From: Camelus dromedarius
Lineage: Eukaryota
DNA: 64,000 nucleotides
Assembly: GCF_036321535.1 (NCBI RefSeq)
Contig: NC_087437.1
Location: 71,488,001 to 71,552,000 of the forward strand
Direction of reading: 5' to 3'
Shown: piece after piece, positions 63,440 through 64,000 of the stretch
Numbering within the stretch: the first letter of the stretch is position 1
How the letters are laid out: every line of letters starts with the position of its first letter
Made by a program: the position numbers and the translations under genes
The notes under the pieces: generated by a model
Seen by the model: only the letters and a program-made list of their open reading frames with translations
The model's database searches: none
Told to the model about the DNA's origin: nothing

Positions 63440-63600
63440 ACTTCTCTAAGTTTCAGTTTCTCCATCTGGGAAATGGGGATAATAGTAATAATACTGACTT
63501 CACGGGGCTGGTGGTGGTAAGTATCTCAGGATTAAACATGGAGTGTATATAAAATCTTTGGCAGAATGCCTGATGACAGATGTATGCTGTTTTAATGATC
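63440..63600 (+). mobile_element. MIR SINE fragment
   Basis: 'cttctctaagtttcagtttctccatctgggaaatggggataatagtaata'. Confidence 0.7.
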
Positions 63601-64000
63601 AGTTCTGCCAACTTTACTCTGGTAGAGGTTGGGAGATGGGAATTGAGGGCAATAGTTTTCAACAGTAAAATCCCAGTAAAAGGACAGCAGGAAGGGGTTG
63701 TTGCAATTCCTAAGAATTCCTAACAATTAGGGGGATGTAGCTGTTGTTTGTAGCTGTTGTTTCTTCGAGGATGGATTAAAAGGATCCCCACCCCAACCAT
63801 CTCGCTCCCCAGATCTCTGTTTTCTGCTGGGATTAAAACCGGGACTTTCATTTTTCTTATGAAAACTTTGAGGTTGTCAGTTCAAATTATCTCTCTTATT
63901 TTTCTGATTTCTCCCCTTTTACCTGGAGAGGACACGATATTCTCCTCCTCTGGGCATGACACAGCATGTTGTGAGAGCCCAATAGGTTTAAGCTTCCTGC

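Noticed and set aside
1..64000. CRISPR arrays, operons, rRNA or other prokaryote-type systems
   Set aside because: The window is mammalian intron-exon DNA; no repeat-spacer array or such genes were seen.

Overview
Mammalian genomic DNA holding what appears to be the complete USF3 (KIAA2018, bHLH-ZIP transcription factor) gene on the + strand. It has a CpG-island promoter and non-coding first exon (~9.2-10.1 kb), a possible second UTR exon near 29.6 kb, four short coding exons (32142-32188, 33543-33571, 35486-35568, 43425-43521) and one giant terminal exon (46133 to ~58150) carrying 96% of the 2240-aa CDS plus a ~5.5-kb 3' UTR. Introns and flanks are mostly decayed L1, L2, MIR, MaLR LTRs, DNA transposons (MER5, MER3-like, MER8/Tigger, MADE2, Charlie1) and five copies of a tRNA-derived SINE that suggests a camelid host (inference). 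I found no convincing evidence of a wholly new biological system. The best leads are a polyalanine uORF in exon 1, five dispersed eh1-like motifs in the disordered tail, a Lys at the bHLH specificity position, four miR-181 seed matches, and several fold-back or templated insertions. Repeat family names come from recalled consensus sequences, not from a search.
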